From Felis catus (Eukaryota), in contig NC_058368.1 of assembly GCF_018350175.1 (NCBI RefSeq), forward strand, positions 205,098,001 through 205,162,000: DNA of 64,000 bases, given 5' to 3'. The notes beneath the pieces were generated by a model. It did no database searches. It worked only from the letters and a program-made list of their open reading frames with translations, and was not told the origin of the DNA. Positions 24,701 to 37,915 of the stretch are shown one piece after another (position 1 is the first letter of the stretch; the number at the start of each line of letters is the position of its first letter). Position numbers and translations under genes: made by a program.

Positions 24701-27659
24701 GGCTACTTCAGCTTTCTTTGACATCCATTAGCATAACAGATGCTTCCCCATCCCCTCTCTTTCAATCTGCAGGTGTCTTTAGGTCTAAAATGAGTCTCTT
24801 TTAGGTGGCATATAGATGGATCTTATTTTTTTTATCCATTCTGATACCCCATGTCTTTTGATTGGAGCATTTTGTGCATTTACAGTCAGAGTGATTATTG
24901 AAAGATATGAATTTGGTGTCATTGTGTTACCTGCAGAGTTGGTGTTTCTGATGATGCTCTCTGTTCCTTTGTAGTCTTTGTTGCTTTGGTCTTTTTCCCC
25001 CCCAATTCAAGATAGTTTTCCTTAAAATTTCTTGCAGAGATTTTTAGTGGTCACAAAATCCTTTAGTTTTTGTTGGTCCGGGAAACTCTTTATCTCTCCT
25101 TCTATTCTGAATGACAGCCTTGGTGGATAACGAATTCTTGGCTGTATATTTTTCCCATTCAGCACATTGAATATTTCCTCCCACTCTCTTCTAGCCTGCC
25201 AAGTTTCAGTGGACAGGTCTGCTGTTAACCTTACATGTCTACCCCATGTAGGTTAAGGACCTTTTCCCCTAGCTGCTTTCAGAATTCTGCCTTCACCTTT
25301 GTATTTTGCAAGTTTCACTATGATATGTCATGGTGTTGACTTTTTTAGTTGACAAATGCCTGTTTCCTTCCCCAGATTAGGGAAGTTCTCAGCCATATTT
25401 TTTTTCAAACAAACGTTCTGCCTTTTTTCCTGCTCCTCTTTTTCTGGGATTCCTAAGATACAGATATTGTCTTGTTTTAGGGAATCACTAAGTTCTCTAA
25501 GTGCCCCCTCTTGATCTAATAGCTTATCTCTCTTCTTTTCTAGCTTTATTATTTCCCATAATGTTATCTTCTATATCACCTATTCTCTCCTCAGCTTCTT
25601 CAATCCTTATTGTGACTGTATCCAGTGGGTTTTGCATCTCAGTTATAGCATTTTTAACTTTCAGCCTGACTAGTGTTTAGGTCTTTGATCTCTCGGGCAA
25701 GGGTTTCTCTGGTGTATTCTATGATTTTTTTCAAGCTCAGCTAATAATCTTATGACTGTTGTTCTAAATTCTTATTCAGATATATTACATATATCTGTTT
25801 TTGAGCAACTCCCTGCCTTTGATTTCTTCTTGACCTTTCTTTTGGGGAGCATTCCTTCATCTTGTCATTTTGGCTAAGTTTCTGTCTTGTGTGTGTTTTA
25901 AAAGTTTGTTATGTTTCCTGCACCTGAGAATACTGCTATATTAAAAAGGGGTAATACACCATCCAGGGCCTGGCACTTCAGGAAGTGTTTCTGGCGTATG
26001 CTGTGTGCACTCTGCTGTTGTGGTTTGGCTGCTCTTTCCTACTGGTCAGTCCTCTGCAGAGCTCCTCCTTGCTTGCAGTGGGGAGTGTTTGGACCTTCAC
26101 CTAGGTGTGTTTTGATTTGTTTGTTGAAGTAAGCCTGGGAAAAAAAAGGAGGAAAAAAGCCTAATCCCAAAAAAAGAGAAAAGGAAAGGGAATAAAAAAA
26201 AGCCAAACAGAGAATCAACTATAAGACTGAGTCCAAAGAAAAAGAAAGGGAAAAGAAGAAGAAAAGAAAAATAAAAGAATAAAAAACCTGAACCAAAAAA
26301 AAAAGAGAAAAGGAAATGAAAAAAAAAAAACTATGAGCCTGATTTCAAAAGAAAAAAAGAAGAAGGAAAAAAAGAAGAAGAAAACATAAGCTTAGTCCTA
26401 TTTCCACCATAACTGCAGGTGACACTTTGAAGCACTTGATTTTCAGTACACTTGGTGTATACAGGGTTCTGGTTGTGCAGGTCTTCTAGACGAGAGGCTC
26501 ACTGAATAGGCTCAGGGTCAGTCTTACCCCAGTAAATAAACAGTTGCGAACCATGGGCGAAGGATGGGGGGGGGGGGTGTTGGTGTAAGTGGGTCCTGCC
26601 TCCACTGGGGGTCGCTGTGTTGCTCTCTGAAGTCCAACCATGTTGGTGTTGGGGGAAATGGCACCACCCCAATCTCTCATCTCCGGTCACACCCTCCCTC
26701 CCCACTGTTCAGGCAGCCCTCACAGAATAGCAAGGGCAGTCAGCTCACCTTGTGCCATAACTCTCCTGTGTTTTTTCCCTTTGTGCATAGCTGGGATTCA
26801 GAACTTGAAGTCTTAATGGCCCCCACTGCTGGATCTGTCACCCTCCCCCAAAGTAGAGCCTCTCCATGCTGTGTCTGGAGTCCTTTGTCCCTGAAAAACA
26901 ATCCCATGCCTGCACATTGTACAGAATCTATGGTATAGCACTGCTAAAAGCAAAAAAGGTTATATTCCCTCTGGGTGCGCCTCTGTCCTTTGCTGATGAA
27001 AAGCCTTTTGCTAGTGCCTGCAAGGTCTTTTGTCCTTGTGGAGGCCATATATCCTCTTCAAAAAGTACTTCACAAAGGGAATGGTCTCTCCAAATATGCC
27101 CTGGAGATCCTTACACCACACAATGCACTCAGCTGCCAGCTCCCTCCTCCCCAGAACTGTGCACCACAGCTCCACTCTGGAGAAAGTGGTGCACTGCCAA
27201 AAACCTCAGTTTGCAGTCCAAACTCTGTTTCCAAAAAAACACCTGAAACATTCAGTACTTCTCGCTCTCCAGTCAGTGGTCCAGAGAGATTTTCATCTTG
27301 TGTGAACATGATGCCGCACTTTCTCAACTTCCCTCTCTTTCTCTCCCTTTGTCTCTCCAGGGAAAGTGTTCTCTCCTCTCTGTAACACCAGTTTTTCTCT
27401 CCCCCAATTCACTTCCACGCAGCTCACACCTGCCACACTGTCTCCCTCAAACTATAGAGATCCTTCTGTCACTCCATAGATCCATTTTCTGGGTGTTCCA
27501 AATGATCTGACATCAATACAGCTATGTTTCAGGGATGAGAAAAGCTCAGAGCACCCCTACTTCTCCACCATCTTAACTCCTGCTGTTTTTCTTTATATAT
27601 TTCAGGTGCACATATTTTTAATAAGAATTATTATTTTAAAAATCAAATATATTAAAATA

Positions 27660-28180
27660 AATGTAATGAAATTATGTAAAACTTTTCATTTGGGTCAAAA
27701 ATGCATCTCATAACTACAAGATAAAGAAATGAAGACTAAAAAGTTTTAAAATACTTTTATTATTGATGAGAGTGAGCTTAATGCATACACCTGAAAAGCT
27801 TAACAGAATATTAGGCTATATTAATAATGAATAATGTCAAATGAAGAAGTCCTTGTGGGTTTTAAAGACCACATGTGGAAGTTGAATTCAGCTCTGGATG
27901 CAAATTCAAATGCTTTCAGAAAAAAAGTGACTAGGATTTTGAAAGAATCAAAATGAATTCATGATATACCAGCTTATGAAAGTGTTAGTATTCTTATGTT
28001 TTGTGATTTCAAAGAATACAATATGTATTAATAGGTAGAACCTATGGAGAGAAATAATTTGATTCAGTAATGGAAAATCTTCCTGAGAGGACTCTCCACC
28101 ATAGATGTCTGAGCATAAGTTGATCATTCCTTTTGGCAGGGATGCTGTAGTAAAGAATTCAAACTTCAAGCAGGTGAAAG
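27660..28180 (+). mobile_element. L3/CR1 LINE, 3' part
   Basis: atgtaaaacttttcatttggg, aaaagcttaacagaatattaggctatattaat, ttcagctctgg motifs continue the L3 that stops at about 17870. Confidence 0.65.
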
Positions 28181-28452
28181 AGTGAAAATATCTAAAATGT
28201 TACCAGTTTTAAGACCCAAGTCTGGAAACAAGCAAAGATAATGTGATGAGTACAGTGTTTCACAATCAAATAAATCCACTGGGAGCCATACTGATGCTAT
28301 ATTGGATCACCATCATGAAGTGTGAACCATCAGTGTTTCAAAAAGCAGTTGTTAGCCTTCATTACTCCAAATGTTGACAAAGATTTTTCTTTCCAAGGGG
28401 CAGTGGTAGAAGAACGGGGAAAAACTATGCTAATTAAGATGTATATATTTTT

Positions 28453-28856
28453 ATGGTTAAAAAATTTATATTTATATTTAGCCAGCTGGACTCAGCTTGG
28501 CTGACCCCAAATTTGTTGTGGCAGCATCCAAAGCATCAGAGTCAGGAGCCAGTCAAATATATGCCTTCTTCTCTCCATTGGGCCTGATCAGAGTGTTGAC
28601 CTTGGCCATGCCAATGTCATAGAGCTTCTTCTCAGCCTGTTTGATCTGGTGCTTGTTGGTCTTGACATCCACAATGAACACAAGTGTGTTGTCTTCTATT
28701 TTCTTCGTGGCTGACTTGGTGGTCAGGGGAACTTGAAGATGGCATAGTGGTCAAGCTTGTTTCTCCTGAGGGAATTCTTTCCAGCCACCTTCAGAGATGT
28801 GATGTCTGGGCTGTTGGAACATAGGTGACATGCAGATCTTCTGTGGGAGGGGGGGA

Positions 28857-28891
<35 letters not shown>

Positions 28892-29005
28892 GACTGTGGA
28901 TGCCTTTCACCACCGCTTTCTTGGTTCTTCAAAGCCTTTGCTTTGGCTTCAGATTTGGGAGGGGCAGAGGCTTCTTTCTTTACTTTTGGTGCCATCTTCA
29001 TGAAA
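28453..29005 (-). pseudogene. RPL23A: Processed pseudogene of ribosomal protein L23a (uL23)
   Basis: Minus-strand translation MAPKVKKEASAPPKSEAKAKALK...[14 protein letters not shown], with later [15 protein letters not shown]. Intronless, includes short 5'UTR and 3'UTR, has frameshifts. Flanking direct repeat GATGTATAT(..)TTTT at about 28438 and 29006. Confidence 0.95.
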
Positions 29006-29209
29006 GATGTATATTTTTTAAGGGGTAAGTTTTTATGGTTGATGCAAAGACAACATTCCTTGCCCCCCAATTTTTCTTAGCCTGATTTTCAAAGTTAAAA
29101 TTAAGGAGAAATTTATAATTTGTGTACATTTAACATGTGCAAATATATGACTGAAGGGCAATGCTTGTGGAAATACCTGCTTCTGTATCTTTATTTTCCA
29201 CGCACTTAC

Positions 29210-29390
29210 TTCTTTCTAGATTGTAGAGATTTATAGCTCAAAATGGTCTTAGAAATCATTTAATACAACCACTACATTGAAGAAACTGAGCAACTTGCTC
29301 AAGGTCACATAGTTACTTCCTAAAGGAGGTAATTCTATACCTCAGTACCTCTGATACTCAGCCCAGAGTTCTTTACATTACATCATGTAG
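29210..29390 (-). mobile_element. MIR-like fragment
   Basis: gaagaaactgag..acttgctcaaggtcacatagt motif. Confidence 0.55.
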
Positions 29391-29526
29391 TGAAATTTCT
29401 GTGCTTTATTTTCTCTTTTCATATTGGCTTCCTGATAAAGTGCAATGCTTTGTGCAAAAGCCTTTTCTGTACATACCTGTTGCAGACATTTTGAATAAAA
29501 TATAATCTTTGACATTCTCCTGTTTT

Positions 29527-29641
29527 TGTGTCTATGAACTGTGCCTGTGAACGAGTGTCTATGTCTATGAACGAGTGTCTATGTTCACTGTGCCTGTGAA
29601 CGAGTGAACTGTGTCTATGAACGAGTGCTGTGCCTGTCTAG
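29527..29641. repeat. Complex patchwork micro-repeat (modules TGTCTATGAAC, CTGTGCCTGT, GAACGAGTG)
   Basis: Four copies of GAACGAGTG, three of CTGTGCCTGT, several of TCTATG, and one inverted GTTCAC. Confidence 0.9.
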
Positions 29642-30585
29642 TCTCTTTCTTGAATTTTGACTGTTTTGCAAAAACCACTCATTTTCCTTTGTTTAAGGGG
29701 ATATATTATTTAAAGAAATTCTTGGGGTTTTGTTTTGTTTTGTTTTGTTTTGTTTTGCTTGAGAATATTGAGTTGAAGAGAGAATCCCTGAATAGGTCAA
29801 GGTTCTGGTTTGCAAACACTAAGATCCATTCTGCCCAACTTCTTAGGTTTAAGCAATAAGGAATTTATCATACAACATTAATTAGCTCAGAACACAAGAT
29901 GGTGAATTTTTAAAAAAATTCACAACTATTATGCTCACTAATCCAATTTATGAGAACTCATTCCACTCAACTGAAATTTTGGAAACCCTATTATCAATGG
30001 TATTATATCAGAACAAAAGAGGAAATTTCTGACATATAATTGGAATCCAATATGCTCCACAAAGTCTAGACTAGAGTGAACATAAATGCTTGGATATAGA
30101 CAAGCAGGTGAAACCCAATCCATCTGACATTCTGCCAGGTATATTTTCTGCTAGAAGTGGTAATACTTTGTAAGGAAAACTCACTTTCTGAATAAAGAAT
30201 TTATTTAATATCCATATACACAAGGCTGGGCACCAATTCATTATAAAAACATAGTATCTCACAGAACTAATAGTTTGCAAATGAAAATAGATGAATAATG
30301 ATCCAGAAAGACATATGACAGGGCATTTGTACACATACTGAATACGGAAATTATTAAATATGTTTCTACTATGTAAAGTCATCAGTGGGAGTCTTGGGGT
30401 AGATAGGAAATTGTTTGAATAGTAGTGTAAGATTTATGGAAGGTGAAGTTTTCTCCCTTCCTGTTATTTGTGAGAGACTTGGATTTAAAGAGAACCTTGA
30501 ATGAATATTCAGGTTTGAGAGCTATACCAAGTCTAATAGAAAATCAGAGCATTGGCTCAGAAATACTTACAGCACAAAATTCATA

Positions 30586-31008
30586 TGTTAGTTAGCTTTG
30601 TTGCCGTAACAAACAATCTCAATAATTGACAAATATTTATTTCCTGCTCTCATTACATTTGGGCTATAGGTCAAATAAATAAGGCTTGGCTTGGCTTAGC
30701 TTCATGCATTTTCTCATTCTGGAACCCAGGCTATTAGAATAGCTACCATTAGGACATGCTGTTTTCAAGGGCAAAGGTTGTAGAAGAGGATGAACAGAAG
30801 CATGTGATGGCATTAAAGCCTCTGTTCAGAACTCACACACTGACATTTATATCCACTTTCTATTGGCTAAACCAAGTCACATGGCCAAGCCCTAAGTCAA
30901 TGGATGAGGATGCACATTCCACCCACTGCAAGATGCTGCAAAAGGTGTAGATGAATAACTTTATCACAGTGAGGGAGAGAATAGTTGGGAACAATAATCT
31001 GATCTACA
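30586..31008 (-). mobile_element. MaLR LTR (MLT1K/J-like)
   Basis: tgttagttagctt.gttgccgtaacaaac start; ccactttctattggctaaaccaagtcacatggccaagcc; aataatctgatctaca end. Confidence 0.7.
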
Positions 31009-32544
31009 AAAATGTATCAAGAATAATTGTTTAAATAGATGTCATAAAGGCTGGAGGGGGCAAGATTAGGTCATCCAGGGTTTTTTCGAAAACAATCTGT
31101 AAATACAGAAGTTTGTCCTGATTTAGAGAATAACCCCAAGCAAGTCAACCAGATAGACTCATAGCTGGAAGTAGGTGATTTGTTTTAGATACTTCAAGTC
31201 TCTGCTTTCTACATCCTTTCCTCATCCCATCTTAAAATTTGCAGTCACTTTATGAGCTCCCAAGTCACAACATCAAATCTTACTTAGGACCAGGACCCAT
31301 CAAAGTAGGGTATTCACCATAGTCTTCAAACTTAGCATTTTGATGTTTTCTTTAAATGGCAGTATACATAGAGTCACACAAACAATATTGAATATTTAAT
31401 TTTAACCCTTTCTTGAGCATTTTTTTCAATCTTTAATGTAATAAAAGCCTCAAAACCAAAAAGCTCTATCTCAACTTCTGAAAGGCTCAGCCTAGGAATA
31501 TATTAAATAAGGTATGTCTGGTAGAATAGTAGTTCCTTCAATGAAATTTTACAGGGATGCCCAGTGGATACAAATAATATATTTTGATTTCGGCAGTCCA
31601 AAGGGAAGTCCAGAGTTACTTCCACCTTCAATTCTATTCTTTCCAACTACCTTTGAGGGACTACTGAGGAAGCCATATCACTTTTTGAAACACCACCAGT
31701 ATAAGTGTCTGATAAGGCCTAATGAGTTACATCTTTTGAAACTCTTAAACAGTCCCCAGTTTGGTCAGGCAAGGACACAGAGTATGAACTCTGGAATACA
31801 TGGCTCTTTGGGTAGGTCAAAGAAGCACTGAGGAGCAGGAGGCATTTCTGCCATCCCAGAAATCGTGCCTCATAGAAAACTACTACTCATAAGATAATTA
31901 TCTTCAGCACTATCAATGTTACTACATAGGAGATTACATATGATGTCACATTAGATTAGAATGAAACTTATCAAAATCATAATTCCTGCAACCAATTAAA
32001 TAAAGGCCATTTAAACATATTCCTAGATGGTATTGTACTCTGACACAACAGTCAAGCTATGCCAAGTTGTGTAGATGCAAATTACCTTAATGTTTCTCTC
32101 AGATAAAACAATTTTACTTTTAGAAGTCTCAGTCTGAAATATTGGAAGATAAGTATACATGCACACAATTACACATTTAAATAAAACACTAAAATTATTT
32201 TGGGAGCTCATAAACAAGAGTAAGGAATGGTCCATGAGTCACTGCAGAGATCATTTTGGATGGACCAGGACCATGTAATTAACTTTAAAATGAAATGGTT
32301 CTTGGGCATTAAAACATGAGGAATAATTATTAACTATGTAATTAGGGACATCTCTAAGGTTTCCAGTTTGATTTAGTATCATCCCTTTTATCTACATACA
32401 GGGGATCCTCTGTATTACACCTCTTAATCCTCTGTATTAAGGATTATCATTCTTCATTCAAGAATGATATTCAACAAACACACTGGGGAATCATTAGCTC
32501 AATAAAAGGACAGGAATTTATGGGGGGGCTTAATGAATAAAAGG

Positions 32545-32740
32545 AAATATTCACTAATCTCTTCTTGAACACCTATTATGTGCAAGAATTGTTCTAGATT
32601 CTAGAGTTACAATGTTAAATAAAGCAGTAAATTCCCCCAAGAAATTTGCAGTCTACTGGGGGATACAAATGCATGAATTGATTACAACATGCAAGGTCCT
32701 GACCTAACAGACCCAGGCACAATGGGCACTGAGACACATA
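32545..32740 (-). mobile_element. L2 3' fragment
   Basis: attcact..ttgaacacctattatgtgcaag..ttgttctag motif. Confidence 0.5.
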
Positions 32741-34869
32741 TGCTACAGTCAACATGTGGTCAAAATATAAAATAGAGTTTATTGGTGACAAACTGCTAGC
32801 AGAGAGATAGTAAAAACCCTTAATACTCTGGGTTGTCATTTTTTCATGGAGTGGTGTGCCTAAGCCAGCCACAGCAAACTGCCCCTGAAACACTCTTCAT
32901 TTTTATACAGAAAGGCCACGGTCCTCTAGGTGACTATATAACAATGGAATATTTGATAAGAAAATGGCCTTGTTATCAAGGAGGAGTATCAAGGATACTG
33001 TAAATTCCTAGGAACCCTGGACCTCCAGAGGGTTGGGGATGGTATGGAAAGGAGAGTGCCTCCAATGGCCAAATATGTGGTAATGGAGCTATATATATGG
33101 TAGAATATCAACTGTAGGTAGCTTGTGAGAAGCTGTGGTGAGCTGGTGAGACTAATATGGTTATTTTCCAGAATGGAATATCCAAACTAAGAAGGGTTTA
33201 GAGGACTATGAGGAGGACCAATCATGATGTGAAATCATAATCCAAACTAGTGAAGTCTCTTGAAATCCTTTAATACTTGTAAAAATCAGCATTGCAAACT
33301 CTTTTTTTATTTGTTAAGAACACTGAATGAAAAAAGTCTTTAGAAATCTATATAAATGTTTTTAAGAAAAAAGATTCTTAATGTTAGTTTCTTTTGCTAT
33401 AATTCTTACTATTATGTAGTATGAGTATCATTATATAACTCAATTCCAAGTTATGATATTTCAACCTGCATTCAGTGCATTGATCTTAGTCTTTTGGATA
33501 AATTACTTTTCTTTCATGATTATCAAAGTATTAAAAATACTTTAAAATAAAGGAATTCCAAATTTCAGGAAAAAATACCAAAAAGCAGGAGAAAATCATA
33601 TGTCATTCTAGCACCCCAAGAAAGCCAGTTTTCACCTGTTAACCTCAGGTCTTTATTCTTTCCAGTTTTTTTTGCCATATGATCTTTCTTTTGTGTAGTT
33701 GACATCATACTGTTGATAAAATTTTTCTTATTCTTTAACTTAATATTATATCAAAAGCATTTGCACATGTTCTTGACCAAGAAAGAGTTCATTTTCTAAA
33801 CGTTTTTTAGTTTTACTAGTGGGTTTTATCATATATTTGTCTCCATATATATCCAGGCAAAGAGCAGGAACAAGGTGAAGTAACTGAGAATGAGAATAGC
33901 CCCTGGGGATATAACAGAGACTAAAAGTAAGGAAAGAAGGGAGTATATGCAGAGGTACAAATGGGGATATCTGTTTGCCTCATGCCCTCTAGAGGGCACA
34001 GACTTGGGAATGTGTCTCAAATGAACTTCTGGTACCAGGTATGCTTGAGCATCTTAAAGGGCAGAGAAAAGGAACATCATTAAGCTTACGAATAGATTCA
34101 TTAATTGTTAGTACCTGCTTTGTTAATGAATTTTGTCTAATAAATATTATATGTGTGGAAGATTTTATTTGACACTGGATTTCATTAAAAACCAGTGAGA
34201 TTTGGGGGGAGTAACCCTTAGCATCTCAAATTTTATTAGCAGACATTCTTTTCTACCAAGAAAAATATTAAGAAAACTGAATTGCTTGGGACAGTTTGCA
34301 ACAATTTCACAACTCCAGTGCATCAGTTCCCCAGGGCCCAATGTAGAGTCTTGTTTCTCCATAACAGCTCCCTGGTATAGAAGCTGTACTGCCACTTCAA
34401 CTTTCCTAAGATTTGTGCACAAGGAATGCTCATGGGAAAAACCAAATACTCTGTTACTGTAATGTTGTTCTGATGGCTACAGAACCCCTGCTGCCACCAC
34501 CATTAAGAAAGCCCCCGTCCTACCCCAACTGCTGAAATTATCTTCACTGTTGCTATCCAGAAGGAATTATAAACTGGGATTACATTATGAGCCATTCCCT
34601 TGCCTCCCATCACCCCCCTCAATTCTATCCCCTCACACAAGAGAAATATATGGACCTAGAGCCCTATATTTTTCAATGCCTGGCCCTACTCATGGGATCC
34701 CAGTGATAAGCCTACTTTTCCTACTTTTTTCCTAGTTCCTTATATAGCAATCCAAATGGTACAGATCTTCATTTTTTCCCACTGGCAAACACATTCCAGA
34801 CTACTTACCCTAGGCGGATGGATAAGACCAGCTAAGCTTACATTTATATTCAGTACCTCTGGTTTGTTT

Positions 34870-35050
34870 AAGTCTGGCATTTAAGCAGGAATGCCATCCA
34901 GATCTCCTGAGAAGTTTTTTTTCCAAATATATATACCTACCTCCCACCAACAGAGAATCAGGTTCATTTCTCTGGGTGGGCCCAGGCATGTATAATTGGA
35001 AAAAAATCCAGGCTATTCACATATATAGCCACATTTCAGCATCACTGATT
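34870..35050. mobile_element. MER5-like hAT fossil
   Basis: ctctgggtgggcccaggcatgtat..ccagg..catcactg motif. Confidence 0.5.
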
Positions 35051-36469
35051 AAGTCTCTAGATAAATGGGCAGGACCTAGGTTCATTGAATGGGTAACTAG
35101 GCTTGCTTTGATACACATTTTCAAACATTTCATTTCCTAAAATTGTGTAAGAGCAGCGCCTAGATGTTCTCAGCTGTTTTTCTTGCATTTTTGGCTGGTT
35201 CTTAAGGACTGGGGTCACTTTTGTGCTCCTCCTCACTTTTTAGGTTGCCTGGCATAGACCAATCAGGGCACTTTTAATCATATTTTTCTAGGTCTTATAT
35301 TACACAGACAAATTGGAATATTGGTTTGGAGCAACAAATATCTTTCTGGTTACACAAGTCTGGTCGCTGGGTTTGGGCTGTGGGCAGTACGACACTTCAC
35401 TATGGGGGTGGGGAACAGAGAGCACACAACTGAGAGGCAGTGTTCCCTAGCTCCCGGTGACAAAATAGGATGGGTAAAAAATCAAGCAAGTCAAGAATTA
35501 AGAGTTGCTGAGGGGCTCAGACAAGGAGACAAAAGGAAGGGGAAGGAGTATTTATGAGAACCTACGGGCCATGCGTGGTACATATTACAGTGCATTTGTA
35601 AACTCTAGGAAATCCCCAAGCTGGGGAGCACGTGTTCAACCATGGCTTGTTATACAAGCCTAAGGCCTATGGTATGGGTGTGCTGGGTTAAAAGTCTAGA
35701 TATACAGGAAGGATGGATAGAAAGAGAGGAGTTGGCTTGCTTGGGGATATGTGGATTCTTCTGGTACCTTTGATAGTAATAAAACAAGGCTACAACAATT
35801 TCTACTCTTCTTAGAAATAATTCCCCTATCACTGAATGTTCCAGAATCTATGTGAAATTTGGTCAAATGAAACTCTTATTATTGAAACACCAAACATTAA
35901 TCTGTTCATTTTTCATACTTGTCATATTTTTCTCTGATAAGAAATGAAGTAAGCTTTGTGATTATTCACCCTGTCACCACTTAAATGACTCATTTACAGT
36001 GCAGAACAGAAGTGATTTTGTGGACAAAGGACCTAGGTTTTTTGGGTTTTCTTTTTTGCCACGTGTGTTTCCAGATGACAAACGTTGAGCATCCATGGTA
36101 TGCCTGTGCTGTGCTCTTTTCCAGTAGGTGGGAAAGACCTGACTTGTATTTTCTTATAAATCAACAGATTCTAAATACAAAGCTTCAAAATAAATGAAAC
36201 CAAAATTATGCCACAAAGCTTTATCTCCCAAGGGTACCCATTAATTTTTTCATCCAAATTCCTTGCATCATAGCAAGGAATCAAAATCATAAAATATGAA
36301 TTTTTCAAGGGAACACTGGAAACCAGTTGTAAACACTTGAAAAACACTTAGTTGAGTTGACAACTCAAAAGCAATTTTTTGTGTGTTTTTTATATTCATA
36401 TCATTTTGGTAGGAGTGGGCAAACTCTGTCACTATGGCTACCTTTCTTCTTTTTGTGCATCATTAATTC

Positions 36470-36958
36470 ATTTCCACCTTCATTCATTATTCATTCAACA
36501 AGTATTCATTATGTTTGCCATGTGTCAGGTACTGTGCTTTGTCAGGAAATAAAAGGGTGAACACAAGTGGTTACATTCCTACTTCTTAGAACTCTTAGTC
36601 TGGCAAAAGATATGCATTAATGAAAATATCACACATACTTATAAAATTGTATTTTAAATGTTAAGTATTAGAAAGGAAAATGACAGCATACCATAAAATA
36701 GGGATTTAACCTTGTCAGATGAATCAGGAAAGACTTCTTTAAGGATAGGAAGTGAGCTAAGATCTGCACAATAGGTAGGATTTATCTAGGCAAAGACGTG
36801 CAGCAAAGGGAAGAGCATGGGTGAAGGCCATGTGGTCAGAGGTGCATTTTGAGATCAAGGACCTGAAGGAGGACCTAGGTAGCTGGAGTGAGAGAGCAAG
36901 GAGAAGTACAATAGGAGATAAGGTTGAGAAGGTGTAAGACAAGGCCAGAGGAGGAGGG
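36470..36958 (-). mobile_element. L2 3' end
   Basis: cattcattattcattcaacaagtatt..tgtgtcaggtactgtgct..tcaggaaagacttc..aaagggaagagcatg. Confidence 0.8.
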
Positions 36959-36959
36959 C

Positions 36960-37385
36960 TTCCTCTCAAGAATACCCCTCTTACCCTGTCTTATTTTTCC
37001 TTACCCAATGCTCTCAACTGAAGAATTCTTCATTCCCAAAACACCCCACCACTTTCCCCATATCCATTACTTTCACCTAGAATTTCCCCCATCTCCATTT
37101 CCTGTGATTTTATTTAACTTTCATTCCTGCTGAGTTCCATTTTCTCTGTGAACCTTTTAGTAATGCCCTAAACAGAATTAATCTTACTCTTTCTGTTTCT
37201 ATGAACTTTGCATTTTTTGTTAGAGCTCATCATATTCCAGGTTACCTACTTTTTTTTTTTTTTTGGTATATATTTCTCCTTTTCCAAATTGTATGCACCT
37301 AGATGGCAGGAATCATCTCTCATTCATTTAATATAAAGCCTAGCATAGATTCTGTGTCTAGTAGGTATCTAATCAATTCTTATTA
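36960..37385 (+). mobile_element. L2 3' end
   Basis: Pyrimidine-rich body ending gatggcaggaatcatctct..cctagcatag..tagtaggtatctaatcaatt. Confidence 0.55.
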
Positions 37386-37692
37386 TATTGCATTATAACA
37401 CCAAACTTCTAGAAAATAAAAAGGCAAGTACATTCCTTTGTTTTCTTTCTCTTTAAGAGGTTTGTTGTTTTAAGAAAAGGCAGTAGATAACAGTGAATGT
37501 AGCACTGAAGACAGAATCCAAATAGCTGCTTAATATTTATGAAGATTAACTTTATTTTAAAGAAGAGATATGCCACTTATTGGCATGATGCATGGCCATT
37601 AAGTTTCATACGTGTACTTTCTGTAATCCTTTCTTATGCACATACTTATGCCTCATGCCATTACCGACTTCTTTTAGAAAATGTTATTTCTA

Positions 37693-37915
37693 GGGGCGCC
37701 TGGGTGGCGCAGTCGGTTAAGCGTCCGACTTCAGCCAGGTCACGATCTCTCGGTCCGTGAGTTCGAGCCCCGCGTCGGGCTCTGGGCTGATGGCTCGAGC
37801 CTGGAGCTTGTTTCCGATTCTGTGTCTTCCTCTCTCTCTGCCCCTCCCCCGTTCATGCTCTGTCTCTCTCTGTCCCAAAAAAATAAATAAAAACGTTGAA
37901 AAAAAAATTTTTTAA
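37693..37915 (+). mobile_element. Young felid SINEC_Fc
   Basis: GGGGCGCCTGGGTGGCGCAGTCGG head, intact B box GTTCGAGCCC. TSD AGAAAATGTTATTTCTA (37676-37692, 37916-37932). Confidence 0.97.

Larger units (their letters stand above)
20524..27580 (-). mobile_element. Full-length decayed LINE-1 (carnivore L1) with 14-bp TSD
   Basis: Minus-strand 5' end GGAGTTAAGATGGTGGAG, 5'UTR, disrupted ORF1 and ORF2 (fragments such as TLWDAAKAALGGKYIAIQAYLKKQEK, KKTKAGGITILDF), 3'UTR and A tail. TSD TGCTGTTTTTCTTT at 20510-20523 and 27581-27594. Confidence 0.95.

Noticed and set aside
28240..28300. GTGATGA...CTGA as a possible C/D-box snoRNA
   Set aside because: Short spacing, no terminal stem and no recognised rRNA guide sequence.
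29527..29641. CRISPR-like repeat/spacer appearance
   Set aside because: Mammalian DNA, modules only 6-19 bp, no unique spacers and no cas genes.
36470..37385. Oppositely oriented L2 pair as a possible miRNA-type hairpin
   Set aside because: The 3' ends point outward about 900 bp apart and the copies are too diverged for a visible stem.
37693..37780. tRNA-like A and B boxes in SINE heads
   Set aside because: These are the tRNA-derived heads of Can-SINEs, followed by (CT)n, A tail and TSD; not tRNA genes.
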